A stretch of 63,800 bases of DNA, the filler included, from Lenisia limosa (taxonomy: Eukaryota > Protista > Breviatea): NCBI GenBank assembly GCA_001655205.1. It is 10 parts of 10 records of this genome, joined end to end, with 100 filler letters (N's around TTAATTAATTAA, not from the genome) between each part and the next. Parts side by side here need not be neighbours in the genome. Positions count along the whole stretch, not along the records: positions 11,866 to 38,186 come from LPNZ01005760.1; 9 more parts are not named here. One strand, written 5' to 3'. A program made the translations under genes and the position numbers. Position 1 is the first letter of the stretch, and each line of letters starts with the position of its first letter. The notes under the pieces are model-generated. The model saw only the letters and a program-made list of their open reading frames with translations, had not been told where the DNA came from and did not search any database. This document shows, piece after piece, positions 11,989 to 24,798 of the stretch.

Positions 11989-14043
11989 ATGAAGCTTCTT
12001 TTATGCATTTTCACAGCGTTGTTACTAACAGTGTCCCAAGCCCAAATGTAAGCAGAGTCTTGTTATCCAGCACATTTCAAGTCTATTATTGCACGAATAT
12101 TACTTTTTTTTTTTTTTTTTGATATAATGCTCTCTATCGAGAAGTCTTAAAAACGTGACATTCAAGATACATGGGTTCAGNNNNNNNNNNNNNNNNNNNN
12201 NNNNNNNNNNNNNNNNNNNNNNNNNNNNNNNNNNNNNNNNNNNNNNNNNNNNNNNNNNNNNNNNNNNNNNNNNNNNNNNNNNNNNNNNNNNNNNNNNNNN
12301 NNGCATTTTCGTTTCCACATTCTAAGAAAAATATATCTAAATTGGCACCACGAAACAAGACTAACGATTAGCGCATTATCAATCACAGTCTTCTAGTTTA
12401 ACTTTTTAGAGCACAATTTCAATGCTTCAAAATGAAGTTGATACGGTAATCAAGTTGAAATTGTCACTTATTTGTTTCGAAAAACTGTTTATATTTGGAG
12501 AAGGGAAATACTATAATAACTCCCCTTTCTCTCTAGTTTATTGATATTATCTAAGATCCAAGATATGCAGCATTTTCAGTTCACCCCATCCAGCTGAAGT
12601 GCTCCAAAAAAGATCATATATCTTCGTGTGCTGAAGCCGCTGTGACACCCTACTGTATGTAGTGGTGGTGTTTCTTCAGTTTTGCTTTCTAACACATTTG
12701 ATATTATTGAGAAAACGGGGGAGTGACCCTCCTATCTTGTGTTTTTTTATAGATCACAGTATTGAATTTAACGGCCACCTCAGGTAAATCCGGCCTTTAC
12801 AACGTAACAACCGATTCGCTGGAGACATTTGAAGTGTATTGCGACTTAGACACTGCAAATGGGCCGTGGATGCTGGTTATGTCTTATGCAAATGTGGGGG
12901 TACGGCTTGTGAAGGGGAGTGGTGCTGAATTTGTAGTTGTCAAATTGTTCTTTTCTCAAGGCTCTCTCTTTGTAATTCTGTAGGCAAATATGGACGTGTC
13001 TTTTTCCGAACTCACTGGGTTCCCATCATATAAACGAAGAAGCCTGGGTGAGGGGAAGAGAGCGAGGCGAGTGTTTCGTTTCAGGTCAAGTCTGCGTGCT
13101 TCTAATGGAGTATCACTATGATCCAAATTCTTCGGAACATATTTTAGTTATTATTGCACTATTACACAATAGTATTTTCTGATGTTAGACCGGTTTTACG
13201 AGCCTTGATAGCTGCTGTGCAGTGCTTCTAGTATTGTATGTGACTGAATTGTCTTATTCTCATCACAGGGGATTCATCCTTCGGAGAGTCGGACTGGGGA
13301 CAAGCCACTAACGCCAACATTGCCAAGTTCAACCCTACTGCTGTCCGCGTCTACTGCGAAAGCTCAAATGTCAACCGTCCTCTGCATGTCATGTGAGTGG
13401 TGTTTATATGTCATGTGAGACATGATGGGATTAATCTATTTTCTCCAATATTGAGCCACTTATAATCTGTTCTCCTTTGAGGATGTGACCAATATTATAA
13501 TATCATATGATATGTTATGTAGGATATACTATGTAGGGTATCAAACAGACTTGATTTCTTGATATCCTCGATAAACCATAACCACACGTTAGGTATGAAG
13601 ACAGCAATGTCTTGAATTATCTGTTTTACAACTCCGGTACATACCCTGCAGCAATGAAGGTTGGAACTCACTTGTATTTAACTATGTTTATCATTCCATT
13701 TGACAGATTGAAGGCTCTTTCTTTGGTCTCCATTTTACATAATCGATTCGCCGAAAAAGGCTTTATTTTGTTAACTTTCGTATGAAACAATCGTTGCCAG
13801 TAAACCCCCCCCCCCCTCCAGACCGCATTTACCGCCTTTGGCGACCACACAGCCAATTTACCAGCTTCAAATTCAGCAGTAACTGCCCGCACCATGCCCC
13901 TCAACAATCATATGATTTACTTGGGAGGGAACTATCATTGGAACATTGCCACTGAAGGCACCCCCCTCAGATGGGAATGTGACGATTACGGTGCCACTGA
14001 TGGAAGTGACTCGAACACTCTTCACTACATTTGGATTAAGTAA
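11989..14043 (+). CDS. Secreted fibrinogen-like (YCDxxxxGGGW-type) domain protein
   Basis: Signal peptide MKLLLCIFTALLLTVSQAQ. Exons include SGLYNVTTDSLETFEVYCDLDTANGPWMLVMSY, SDWGQ and ...HWNIATEGTPLRWECDDYG...TLHYIWIK*. All exons splice in frame. Confidence 0.8.
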
Positions 14044-14260
14044 GGATCTTGTTCAACTGTTCTCTGATTGTATGTATTTTACTTTGGAGATTTGTTCACA
14101 ATTGATAAATGATAACCAGAGAAATTTTTTCGCTGAGCATCAATCGATTTGGAGAAATAAGCTTCACTATGAATTTTTTTAAAAAAAACTATCTGGTTGA
14201 TAATATATGTACATATAATATATATAAGATAATAAGCAATACAAACGAATCTCTGTAAAC

Positions 14261-17200
14261 CTAATTCCTCGCGAGAAGATGCTTAATACCCATTTGGACG
14301 TCTGAGTATACACCAGGCAAGCTTTGAACTTCAGTGATCTATGGGGTCAGGACAACATTTTTCATATCAGGGCTTCAGACTTCAAAAGAGATTCCTTGCC
14401 CCATTTACCCCAAGATGCCCCCCGGTCTGACAGACACTGCCTCCGGTGGCGTCTGTTACAGCGTACACCTTCGGGCAACCTGGGGGGGGGGGNNNNNNNN
14501 NNNNNNNNNNNNNNNNNNNNNNNNNNNNNNNNNNNNNNNNNNNNNNNNNNNNNNNNNNNNNNNNNNNNNNNNNNNNNNNNNNNNNNNNNNNNNNNNNNNN
14601 NNNNNNNNNNNNNAAGCCCCCTTGTATGGTTTATCAGCAATACAAGACGTCCAATCCTTCAATATCATGGATATTAGTGTCCCCACATTTTGCCATCAAA
14701 CAAAGCCCCCATACTGCCATAAAACCCAAGGGGGTAGAGTCCTCCAGCGATTTTGTTCCGATATTTCCCGGCATCACAACCGACATTGATGGATGAGGAT
14801 ATATCCAACTAGAGGGGGGGGGGGGGTAAAAATNNNNNNNNNNNNNNNNNNNNNNNNNNNNNNNNNNNNNNNNNNNNNNNNNNNNNNNNNNNNNNNNNNN
14901 NNNNNNNNNNNNNNNNNNNNNNNNNNNNNNNNNNNNNNNNNNNNNNNNNNNNNNNNNNNNNNNNNNNNNNNNNNNNNNNNNNNNNNNNNNNNNNNNNNNN
15001 NNNNNNNNNNNNNNNNNNNNNNNNNNNNNNNNNNNNNNNNNNNNNNNNNNNNNNNNNNNNNNNNNNNNNNNNNNNNNNNNNNNNNNNNNNNNNNNNNNNN
15101 NNNNNNNNNNNNNNNNNNNNNNNNNNNNNNNNNNNNNNNNNNNNNNNNNNNNNNNNNNNCAATATTAGTGTCAACGCTATTTTGACAGTAGTAGACAGTC
15201 CCTTCATCTCATCAAGTGAAAAATGTCATGTCTGGAAAGGAAACAATAGTAGCACAAAGGGAACATTTATGAGAATGACCACCTACCAGTGCTAAAAGCG
15301 CATCTGTTGAGTCCACATTCAAAGTCGGTTACATGGCCCTGCATTCCCCCATCATTCACCTGAAGGTTTATCATATTATACATGATATAACAGCACTCTC
15401 TCCAGTAATCCTGTTATCTGAATCAATGATAACCTGTGAGACCCTATCATGGCTCAAAGATTATTGATATCTATTGAGGAATAATTGAATCTATCATCTT
15501 ATTTCTTCTGCTAAAGTAGCGGTCTGAGCCTCTCAAGACACACCTTGGCACCCCCCACTAACCTTTTTCCAATCCGCGTTATATACAACCGGATCAGCGA
15601 GGCAGAACTGTTTGGTGCTTGATTCGCTTCGGCCATATACTTCTCCCGAGCCTGAAGGGTCAAATGCTGCATACACAAATACGCATATCACATGGCAGCA
15701 ACTGTATAAAGGGGCATAAGCACACCACCACTCTGCATACTTGTTAAGATCAGACCTCCATAGTGATGGGCCAAAAAACGGGTAACAACTCCAGACTATT
15801 GGGTATAATAAAGAATAAAACTCTTTCATAAGACTCACACGGGTTAGTAACGTTGGAAATATTACACTTGTTTTTATAAAATGATACATCCTGTTTTTGT
15901 GCTGAGAAGTCCCCCCCCCCCCNNNNNNNNNNNNNNNNNNNNNNNNNNNNNNNNNNNNNNNNNNNNNNNNNNNNNNNNNNNNNNNNNNNNNNNNNNNNNN
16001 NNNNNNNNNNNNNNNNNNNNNNNNNNNNNNNNNNNNNNTAGTTGTTGTAGCCTCCACCAACAAACACTCCATCATCTAAGGAGGACAATGAAGGGGTATT
16101 TTGACATGTAATGCAAATATAGGCTTCTATTTGAAGAAGGCCCATCCAATATATTTATATTACCTACTTCTTTCAATAACCGTGGCAAGGGGCCCGATAT
16201 GGATCTTCTTAGCTGAACTACCGAAAACGCTGATCTGAAAGAGTTACGCAACAAATAAAACAAGTACTATTGAAATCATAAAGAAATGAAACATTGCAAG
16301 AAATCGCCCATGCTTTACACGCAACATTTCGAGGCAAAAGTGGCACTATCAAATCTGACTCACAAAAGTCGGGGTTGATGTCTGAACAGTTTGAAGTGTG
16401 GCACCGTAGTTGGAGTGCCCCCAGGTGTAGAGATTATTGTCAGCTATGAATGTGAAAGCAATTCTTGTTGAATGTAATAATAAGATAAGGATTAGGTAAT
16501 AACTCGCTCACCTATCACGGCAACATGGTATGCGCCTGCTTTAAAGTCAGTTATCGTCATTCCCACAAGGGTGTTGCAGGTGGAGAGTGTACTGGCCGAA
16601 GAAGTGGAAGCACATGCTATTTCTTTATGTGAGTTGTCGCCAACACAACGAATAGTGCCGTCTAGAGTGTGAATAGAACCATCAGGCATTGCACTACGAG
16701 GCTCATGAAAGCTACTCAAGGTGGCTCAATGAGCTATCCCACAAAATCAGTCATTGATGACAGCCCAGACCTGCTTTTGAGAGGCAATTTCCTAAATAAA
16801 GCGCCGCAGTGAACTCGTAGTCCGACCCCCACTGGGCCTCAAGGTCATTAACCGCACCATCAATGGTCGAGGTCGTGTCCTACGGAATGAACGGGGTAAT
16901 TCGGCCAGAATGTGATCTAAAGCAAAAGCCTCCTACAAATCCGAGGTTGTACAGCTGGCTGACTCCACAGGTGTACGCAGCATCTACGCCGATTAATAGG
17001 GCTGTTGCTACAATGTGTCCTTTGTAATTCTCCTCATCTTTATCATAGGACGTATCTAGGTTCTTTTTTATTGTTTAGGTGTATCTATATAAGCTTTAAC
17101 AAATGTACTCTATACTGTGAAAGGAAAAACCATACTATTTTTTGTTATGTATTTATTGGTATTAATGGTCTCGAAACCCCACACACTACATTGGAAGCTT

Positions 17201-18813
17201 GACTCCCATCCTGATTGGCCACAAACTGCGACAGGCGTTCCTGCATCATAAACACTGTCTTTTGCTAAAACTTGAACCCCATGCCCACCNNNNNNNNNNN
17301 NNNNNNNNNNNNNNNNNNNNNNNNNNNNNNNNNNNNNNNNNNNNNNNNNNNNNNNNNNNNNNNNNNNNNNNNNNNNNNNNNNNNNNNNNNNNNNNNNNNN
17401 NNNNNNNNNNNNNNNNNNNNAGGAGGATGTTTCGCCTTTAACGTCATTTAAGAAATGAGAGGAACGGTACATTCGGCATTACCCCAAGTAGCCACTCCAG
17501 TGCGCCTACCCCCTGTGCAGTTCGAAGAAGTTTTCGCACTTCCAAAGGAGTTTGTGCACGTGACTATCAAAAGTGAGAGAATGGAAAGAGAGCTGTCAAT
17601 TCACGTGGCATTGTCTCTCTCCCAAAAAAAGAATTTTTGATAAAAATCGATATTGAGCAAGCAGATTCCTCTTCGAAGCAAAACTCGTCAACACCCCCCC
17701 CCACACACACACACACACTCACATACACACACCTGGATCACAGCTGGGGCCATCAACCCAGCCTTCTTCAAACGTACAAGTCACACCCGTTGTCAGCGGC
17801 ACAACCAGAGTGAAGCCAAGAGGACACGTGCCCTGAGTCGTTAGAAGCCCGCTCAAGGTTGTACTCAAGCACTCAACTTTCAGCCCAGACAATTTCTTTA
17901 CCAACCCCCAGACTTCAACGTTGATATCAGCAGTTACGCCAAGAGTATTGCGGCCGCGCGAAGTGACAGTTATTGTAACGCCATCCCCAGCAACAGGTGC
18001 ATCCACCAAACACGTCATTTCTGGGGGGGGGGGGGNNNNNNNNNNNNNNNNNNNNNNNNNNNNNNNNNNNNNNNNNNNNNNNNNNNNNNNNNNNNNNNNN
18101 NNNNNNNNNNNNNNNNNNNNNNNNNATTCGTCAAGGGAAGGGAAACAGACATATGCTAATGCGCGTTTACAAAAAAAAACACTAAATTTATTCGACCACA
18201 TTATTTCAATGATTTGTATAACGCTCTACAGAAGAGTAAAAAGCAAAATCATTCCATCCCTTACAACGTAGAAGGAGAAGTGTCAATCTTACTATTATAA
18301 AGCTCCATAAATTCCGACTAAAACGGTGAGACAAGAAATGTTTATGTTATTTGAAGGACCAAAATACAAAGTCTATAGGCAAACCATTAAAATCGATTCC
18401 TCTTCTTGTGCAAGAAACTCAACCCAACAAACATTCATCACAGCATGGTCACCCTGGGTGGCAGGTCTCAATGAAATTTGAGCTCCAGAAGGTTTTACCC
18501 TGGGTATATGGAATAAAGAGGAGTATAAGATATTGCGCAGTTGCTAGGTTTTTACAACCGAAGTACCGGACCAACAAAAAAAAAAAAACCCTCAGAAATA
18601 AGACCCTGCACTGTGCAATTACTATAATTATTAGAGGGCATATGCATATGAACTCATACATAATCCCTGATATGCATAATAGATACCATAAAAGTTCAGT
18701 GGTTGTATGTATCAGCACAATCCAACAACACCCTCAAACGTAATAGGTTCAATAATTGCAACGGCGCTTCCAAGCAGGAAGAAGGCCAGTAGAACAGCAA
18801 TGCTTCTTTGCAT
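14261..18813 (-). CDS. Large secreted modular protein: signal peptide, Ig/IPT-like segment, sushi/CCP-like modules, RCC1/BLIP-II-like repeats, Cys-containing C-terminus
   Basis: MQRSIAVLLAFFLLGSAVA; TCLVDAPVAGDGVTITVTSRG; CPLGFTL...VTCTFEEGWVDGPSC; VAVCGQSGWESSFQC; TLDGTIRCVGDNSHKEI...ITDFKAGAYHVAVI; DNNLYTWGHSNYG; TAG stop at 14261-14263. Some exons fall in N gaps. Confidence 0.7.
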
Positions 18814-19226
18814 CTTCGCAGCTTACTGGCTTATTGTCTTACTGTAATAGATTGGTGCCTTACTACTGGCGGACCTCGGAGTTCTTCACCTTTTCCCCCT
18901 CCCTCCTTTTCTTCGCGTTAAGTATGTATGTATGTATATTGTTATGTTGTTGTGTATGTCACTGCGTGCTTTTCCTCGCTACTCTACCAGACCAGGGGGG
19001 GGGGGGGGCNNNNNNNNNNNNNNNNNNNNNNNNNNNNNNNNNNNNNNNNNNNNNNNNNNNNNNNNNNNNNNNNNNNNNNNNNNNNNNNNNNNNNNNNNNN
19101 NNNNNNNNNATTGATCAATCGATAGTCGAAACTTCGAAACGCTTTAAACACCGTAATATTGTGATTAAATCGAATAAACAGGCGTGAATAGTTCCCCTTG
19201 GAAAGGAAATTGCAATCATTCTACCA

Positions 19227-22200
19227 ATGAGGCATTACTCCCTCTCTTCTGTCCTGTCAGGACATAGCAATGAAGTTAAAAGTATCTGTGTGATGAAGAA
19301 TGGAGCCGCAGATAACTTCCAAATCGTGTCCGGGGCAAGAGATGGTAATGTCAAAGTATGATGGGACCTTTCTTGGAACAAGTTCATTTATAGTATTCTT
19401 TGATGATTATTATATCACATGAATTTTTAAATGCATGGCATGTCATTTACATCAGCCCTTTTCTGAGCTGGCATAAAATTTTGGTGGCTGTTTGGGGGAA
19501 TATAGATATATATATCAATCTATATTCCTCCTTGGCTCCAAGATCCCACCTCATCCCGTCATCATCAACAACATTCCAATTACTCCTCTTTTACCTGACT
19601 CTTTCTTGAGGGTGTGGTAATTCCTTGAATTACACATTCATTGCTAGTGATAAGCAAGAACAGGATTGATGGAATCCAGTGCTTAATTCTCATTTTGCCA
19701 TTCGTTGATAATTTCTCGTACCTGGTTCCCAGAATTCACAATCTAGCTTTGGAATGTCAAAGAAGGCAAGGTTGATTTGGATTCCGTTGGGGGGCATTTG
19801 AATTTTGGGATGGTTGTGATTTCATTTTTATTGGCTATTTCAACAAAATGTACTATTGATGGACTGTGCTAATTATTCAGACATATGATGGGCACTCGGG
19901 TAAATACGTCAACGCTGTTTGCTCGATTTCAGACTCTCTCTTTGCCTCTTCCGGTTCTGACAAGGTTTGATAGTAACAATCTGTTTCAGAGGACTTCACC
20001 CTTGTTGCCATTGAGGGCCAACACTACTCTTGTTTTCACTCCTGACAATATCAGTTGATTAACGTTTGGAAAACGGGAACCAAGGAGCCGCAGCAAGTGC
20101 TCATTGGTCATGACGACAACGTGACGTGCCTCCATTCAAAGAACAGCATCATCATCTCAGGGTCTTGGGACAAGTGGGGCAGGGAATGGGTTACTGTTCA
20201 ATTTCGGCGCTAGATTTTATCAGAAGTGCTTATTATCTTAGAACTGCGCGCATTTGGCGTGACGGACAGTGTGTGGCCGTTTTGAAAGGACACGACAAGG
20301 CCATTTGGGGTGTCGGCATTGTCGATGACATGTATCTCACTGGTACGCTAATAATATATCTATTTAGTGCACTCTTTTTTTGAGCACACAATTTCTCAGA
20401 TAACAACCTTTTTGTATGATTCTCACCCGATTTAGCATCAGCTGATAAGTCTATTCGCATTTGGAACGAAAGCGGCCAGTGTATCGGAACAGCGATGGGT
20501 AAGGCACTGTCCAATGAGCTAAAAGCCGTGTTGTTGTTGCTTATCCACCACGCAGGGCATGAGGATTGCGCACGCTCAATTTCCAACTCAGACTCCAATA
20601 TATACTCATGTGGCAATGACGGGTATGTTTTATCAGATTTTTTTTGGGCATTACACCTTTATTATGATGTTTTTAACCTGGTACTGAAGCGACTGACCTG
20701 AGCTTTGTTTGTTTTGTTGTTTTCAACCCTCGCATGTTTGTAGCCAATTTTGGACTTTGTTTTTTGTTTCATAAAATTTTTAATTTTACACCCCCCCCCC
20801 CAGGAACGTGTTCAAATGGGCCATGCGGCCGGACTCTCTTGAGCCCGTAGTGGTGGGCCAGCATTCAGCCTTCGCGTATTGCGTTGACGCGAAAACTATT
20901 TCTGGAGCTGAATTGGTCGCGTCGTGTGGTGAAGACCTTTTCTGCAGAGTTTATGAAGGTAATGGTAAAGACTGACAGCAGTTCTGACCCCAATAGGACC
21001 CGAGTGTTTCTCCCTTGTTCACCCTAAGACCGTCTGGAGTTGCTGCGTCTTACCAAACTCGGATGTAGTACGGGGGGTCATCATCGTCTTCATCATCGTT
21101 TGATTAGTTGTATTACCCAGAACAGATGAACAGCTTAATAGCGACAATTTCCTTATTCTCCCGTTGACTCGTTCCAGGCCACAGCATGTGCCGACGGTAT
21201 CATTCGGATATTCACTACTGTCGAGGATCGGAAGGACTTGGCGCTTCAGGCCGATCTTGATGTGCTTTGGTGAGCACTTCATTTCCAGGGAATGGAACTT
21301 CTCCAAAAATGAATTAGATCTAACGTCTCAGTCAAGATAACCAAATGGCAACTAACAAAGGAGTCGCCCCTAATGGAGTGAAGTACTGTGACCTTCCTGG
21401 ACCGGAGGAACTCAAGAACCCGGGCTGCCATGATGGCGACGTGCGTTATATCAAAGATCCCAACGTATGAAGATAATCATTGCTCAGCAACCAATATTGG
21501 GCCAAATTTACGAATTCAGTCAAAGCAACCGTTTGTCTACCTCTGGACTGTCACCAAAAACGAGTGGATGAAGGTAATACTGGGTTGTAAGATGTTATAA
21601 CATATCATGTGTAATTGTGTATTCCACAGTTTTCCAGTATTGATCGGCTAGATGGGACACCTTGTTGATGGAACGTCCTCTCAAACCCACACCTTAAATG
21701 GCAGGAAAGTTGACGAGATTGCCAGTGTCAATCTCAACGACAAAATCTATCAGTAGGACTTGGTTTTGTTTTTGTACTCTGGATTGCTATGAACGTTAAT
21801 AAAATAAAACAATTCTCAATTTTTACCCTCTTAAGAATTGGTTCTGACCCTCTTAAGAATTGGTTTTGACCCTCTTAAGAATTGGTTTTGACCATGATGA
21901 GAACCCCTACAATGCAGCGCAGCGCTTCATTGACGAAAATGAATTCAACCAGAACTTCCTCAGTGAAATTGCCGAATTTATTCAGAAGCAAGTGAGTCAT
22001 GGTGAAGTCGAGATGAAGTTCCTGGTTTTATTCAGCACAGAAACCAAGCAATTACTTGTACTTATTCCTTGTCAGCAATCCCCGCAAAGCCCCCCGAAAG
22101 AGTATCCACCAGACTACAACCCTGACACTTTGAGTAATAACAGTGGGGCAATGTCAGGAATATGTTTGTTCTCTTTTTACTAAATGCGTTATTTTCTGCT

Positions 22201-24588
22201 GCCGTATTTTATACTAGTAATATTCCTCTATTTCTGATGATATAGGCAAACGGAAACCCGCCGCAGCCCTCTCCTCTCCCACTACTTCCAAAGTCTTCTT
22301 CCCCACTGTGAGGGTTTTTGTTTTTGATAAACCTTGATGAGTCGCCATTATCTACGTTTGTTATTTTTTCTGCTTTGCACCCTCCCTTTTGATCCCTACA
22401 GGCCACCCCTTTTCTTTTCGAAGATGTTAAGGCTGCTCCAATGGTGAAGAAACTCAGACAGTTGAATGATGAACTCAAAACCAAAGTATGGAAATGACGA
22501 AATACTATGTATATTTTGCCTAATGCAACAACATTTTTTGAGAGCGTAGTTTATTACAGGGATACAGCAAAACGTTGTACATTATCTTATTGCTATGGCC
22601 TTTCTCTTTGAAAGATTTTAACGTGGACCAGGGCAACAGTGAAGCTTTTTTGCCTTCGATGATGGATGAGATTCAGGAGGTTCTTGAAGGCTGCATGGTT
22701 TGCGGATGACTTGTTTATCTAGGGTTCTCATAGGCATATTGTGGGAGAAAGACGGATTGAATCCATATTGATGAAACTAGCTTGTCATGTTCATAAGTAA
22801 TATGAAATTGGGAATAATGAAATTATTTTTTCACTTGAAAGTGCCTTTATCGTTGCAGAACCACAACGACATCCCAACCCTCCATTTGGACGCCATTATC
22901 ACGTCTATGATCAAGTGGCCAATCGACACTCGCTTTATCGGTAAGACTTCGCTTCATGTCAGAGAAGGGCAGAAATGATATAAGTGCAATAATTTGATAT
23001 GACATGGACGTTTCACAAAAGTACTCTGGTGTGATCTAACAATGCAGTATTTGACTTTATCCGTGCTGTCCTCATGCATCCTGACGGCGGAGAACTGATT
23101 GCTGATCGTTTTGCTAAAAGTAACGACACCCTCTCCGTGTATTGTGATGGTCGGCTTGGATTATAATAGATATGATAACATAATGGTTACTTTTCGAGTG
23201 TGTTTATTGACCATATACTCCGAAGTATCTTTGTAAGCTTCGACTGTGGATCTAAAGTGATCACAGTTTAACTGTATTTCATTAGACACCAGTATTATTC
23301 AATTACAATTTTGATCTACGGTTACTTGTGTCACATTAAGATAATTGACTGACGAGTTTAGCCCTTTTCAAGGGAGCTCTTTTGTCCTCTGCCGACCACA
23401 AGCTGGTTCTGACATCTCTGAGAGCCTCCTGTAACTTCTTCAAGAACAATGCCCTTCTCAAAATGCCGAAACGAGACATATCTGCTGTAGGCTTTAGGTT
23501 TTAATCTATTCTATCTTATAGTATTATATGATATCAGATAAAATAGCAATACATGTTTTTATTGTAAAAAAAAAATAAAAACATGTGTCAACCGTTGAAA
23601 CACCTTGTTTTGACTTTTAACAATAATGTTGAGTTATTTTTTTTACATGGCTTATTGTTCCTTTGAAAAATAGGTATATTGTCTTCTTACAGTCTTCAGG
23701 GGTTGAGAGCAGTGAAGCTGAACGTGAAGCACGACAAAGAGCCGTCAAGGATAGCAGCGGCGTCTCTTCTCTTCAAGTAGGCTAATGGGTATATTGAGAC
23801 CTCTTCCGTCCGGAAATACGGCATTGGGTTTTAGGTTGTCTGTTTGATAGTTGCGAGGAAAAGAGGTGAAATGGCATTAATAAAGTGTCAGCCCCTTCAG
23901 TTTATATTCCAGCTGGATATCTTGGGCTGAACTGACGCTGTAGTTTGAGCACCATTGTGGCGGGTAACGCAGCTCTTAGCCCGGAGGCGGTCGAGATTGT
24001 AACCCTTGCCCTCGAGGTTGGCTTTGGGGGGTTAAGATGAAGGAAGGGTATCTGGGGTGAAGTCAAGTTGCATGTGAGTAATATTAAGATAAACGGGAGA
24101 ACATGCAATTCAAAACTTTTCTGGAGACAAGCTGACAACTTTATTTCTGTTTTTTTTTTGTGATTAGCTATACGTTTCTCAGCTCTAATCTTGACTTTAT
24201 AGATGTTGGAAGATGCAAGCTATAATGTTGTCTTCAGAGCGCTTCGCACTTGTGGAAACATGGTTGGCTGAAAAAGACTCCAACTGCGTCCCTCTTTTTG
24301 TCTCAATCACGTAATAATAGTCCATTTATGTTCTCTTTTCTTGCTGATGGGTTCAGGTTTCTAAGCAACCTGATACAGCTCGCTTATTGAGCCAGGAATG
24401 GGTGGTCGAGAAAGTGAGAGGGGTGGTTTTTAGTTATGTGTACCTTGACCCCCCCCCCTCTTTTTTTTTCTTTTTTTTTATTTATTTGAAAACGTCTGTT
24501 TACTCTCCAGCTGACAGTATTGCTCGAAGTGACCGAATGCAATGTCTCAGAGTGTGTCGGTCAGCTGATTCAAACGCTGACTCAGTGA
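19227..24588 (+). CDS. PLAA: Phospholipase A2-activating protein / Doa1-Ufd3 ortholog (WD40-PFU-PUL)
   Basis: WD40 exons (LSGHSNEVKSI, GHDDNVTCL..ISGSWDKTARIW, SADKSIRIW, TVWSCCVLPNSD, ADGIIRIF), PFU domain (ENPYNAAQRFIDENEFNQNFLSEIAEFI) and PUL domain (IITSMIKWPIDTRF, DFIRAVLMHP). TGA stop at 24586-24588. Confidence 0.93.
20686..20803 (+). repeat. Representative copy of the intron-terminal repeat family A (~120 nt), ending at the 3' splice site of a PLAA intron
   Basis: GAAGCGACTGACCTGAGCTTTGTTTGTTTTGTTGTTTTCAACCCTCGC...TTTCATAAAATTTTTAATTTTACAC-C10-AG. Homologous blocks occur in introns of PDE, DNAI2, the kinase, GluRS and the Calx-like gene. Confidence 0.85.
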
Positions 24589-24798
24589 AACGGCTTCGTG
24601 TGATATTGTACTCTAGTGTTGTATTCTTCTTTTTTTCTGTGTAATGTACCATTAATTTCTGATATCTTATGCTACCTTGACTCACAACCAAGGCAGCTCT
24701 TGCATTTATAAATAAATTGTTAAAAAAAAAAAAAAAAAAAAAANNNNNNNNNNNNNNNNNNNNNNNNNNNNNNNNNNNNNNNNNNNNNNNNNNNNNNN

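Noticed and set aside
24711-24742. AATAAA followed by a long A-run after PLAA, suggesting a retrocopy
   Set aside because: The gene retains many introns and the A-run borders an assembly gap. It is a homopolymer or an assembly edge effect.
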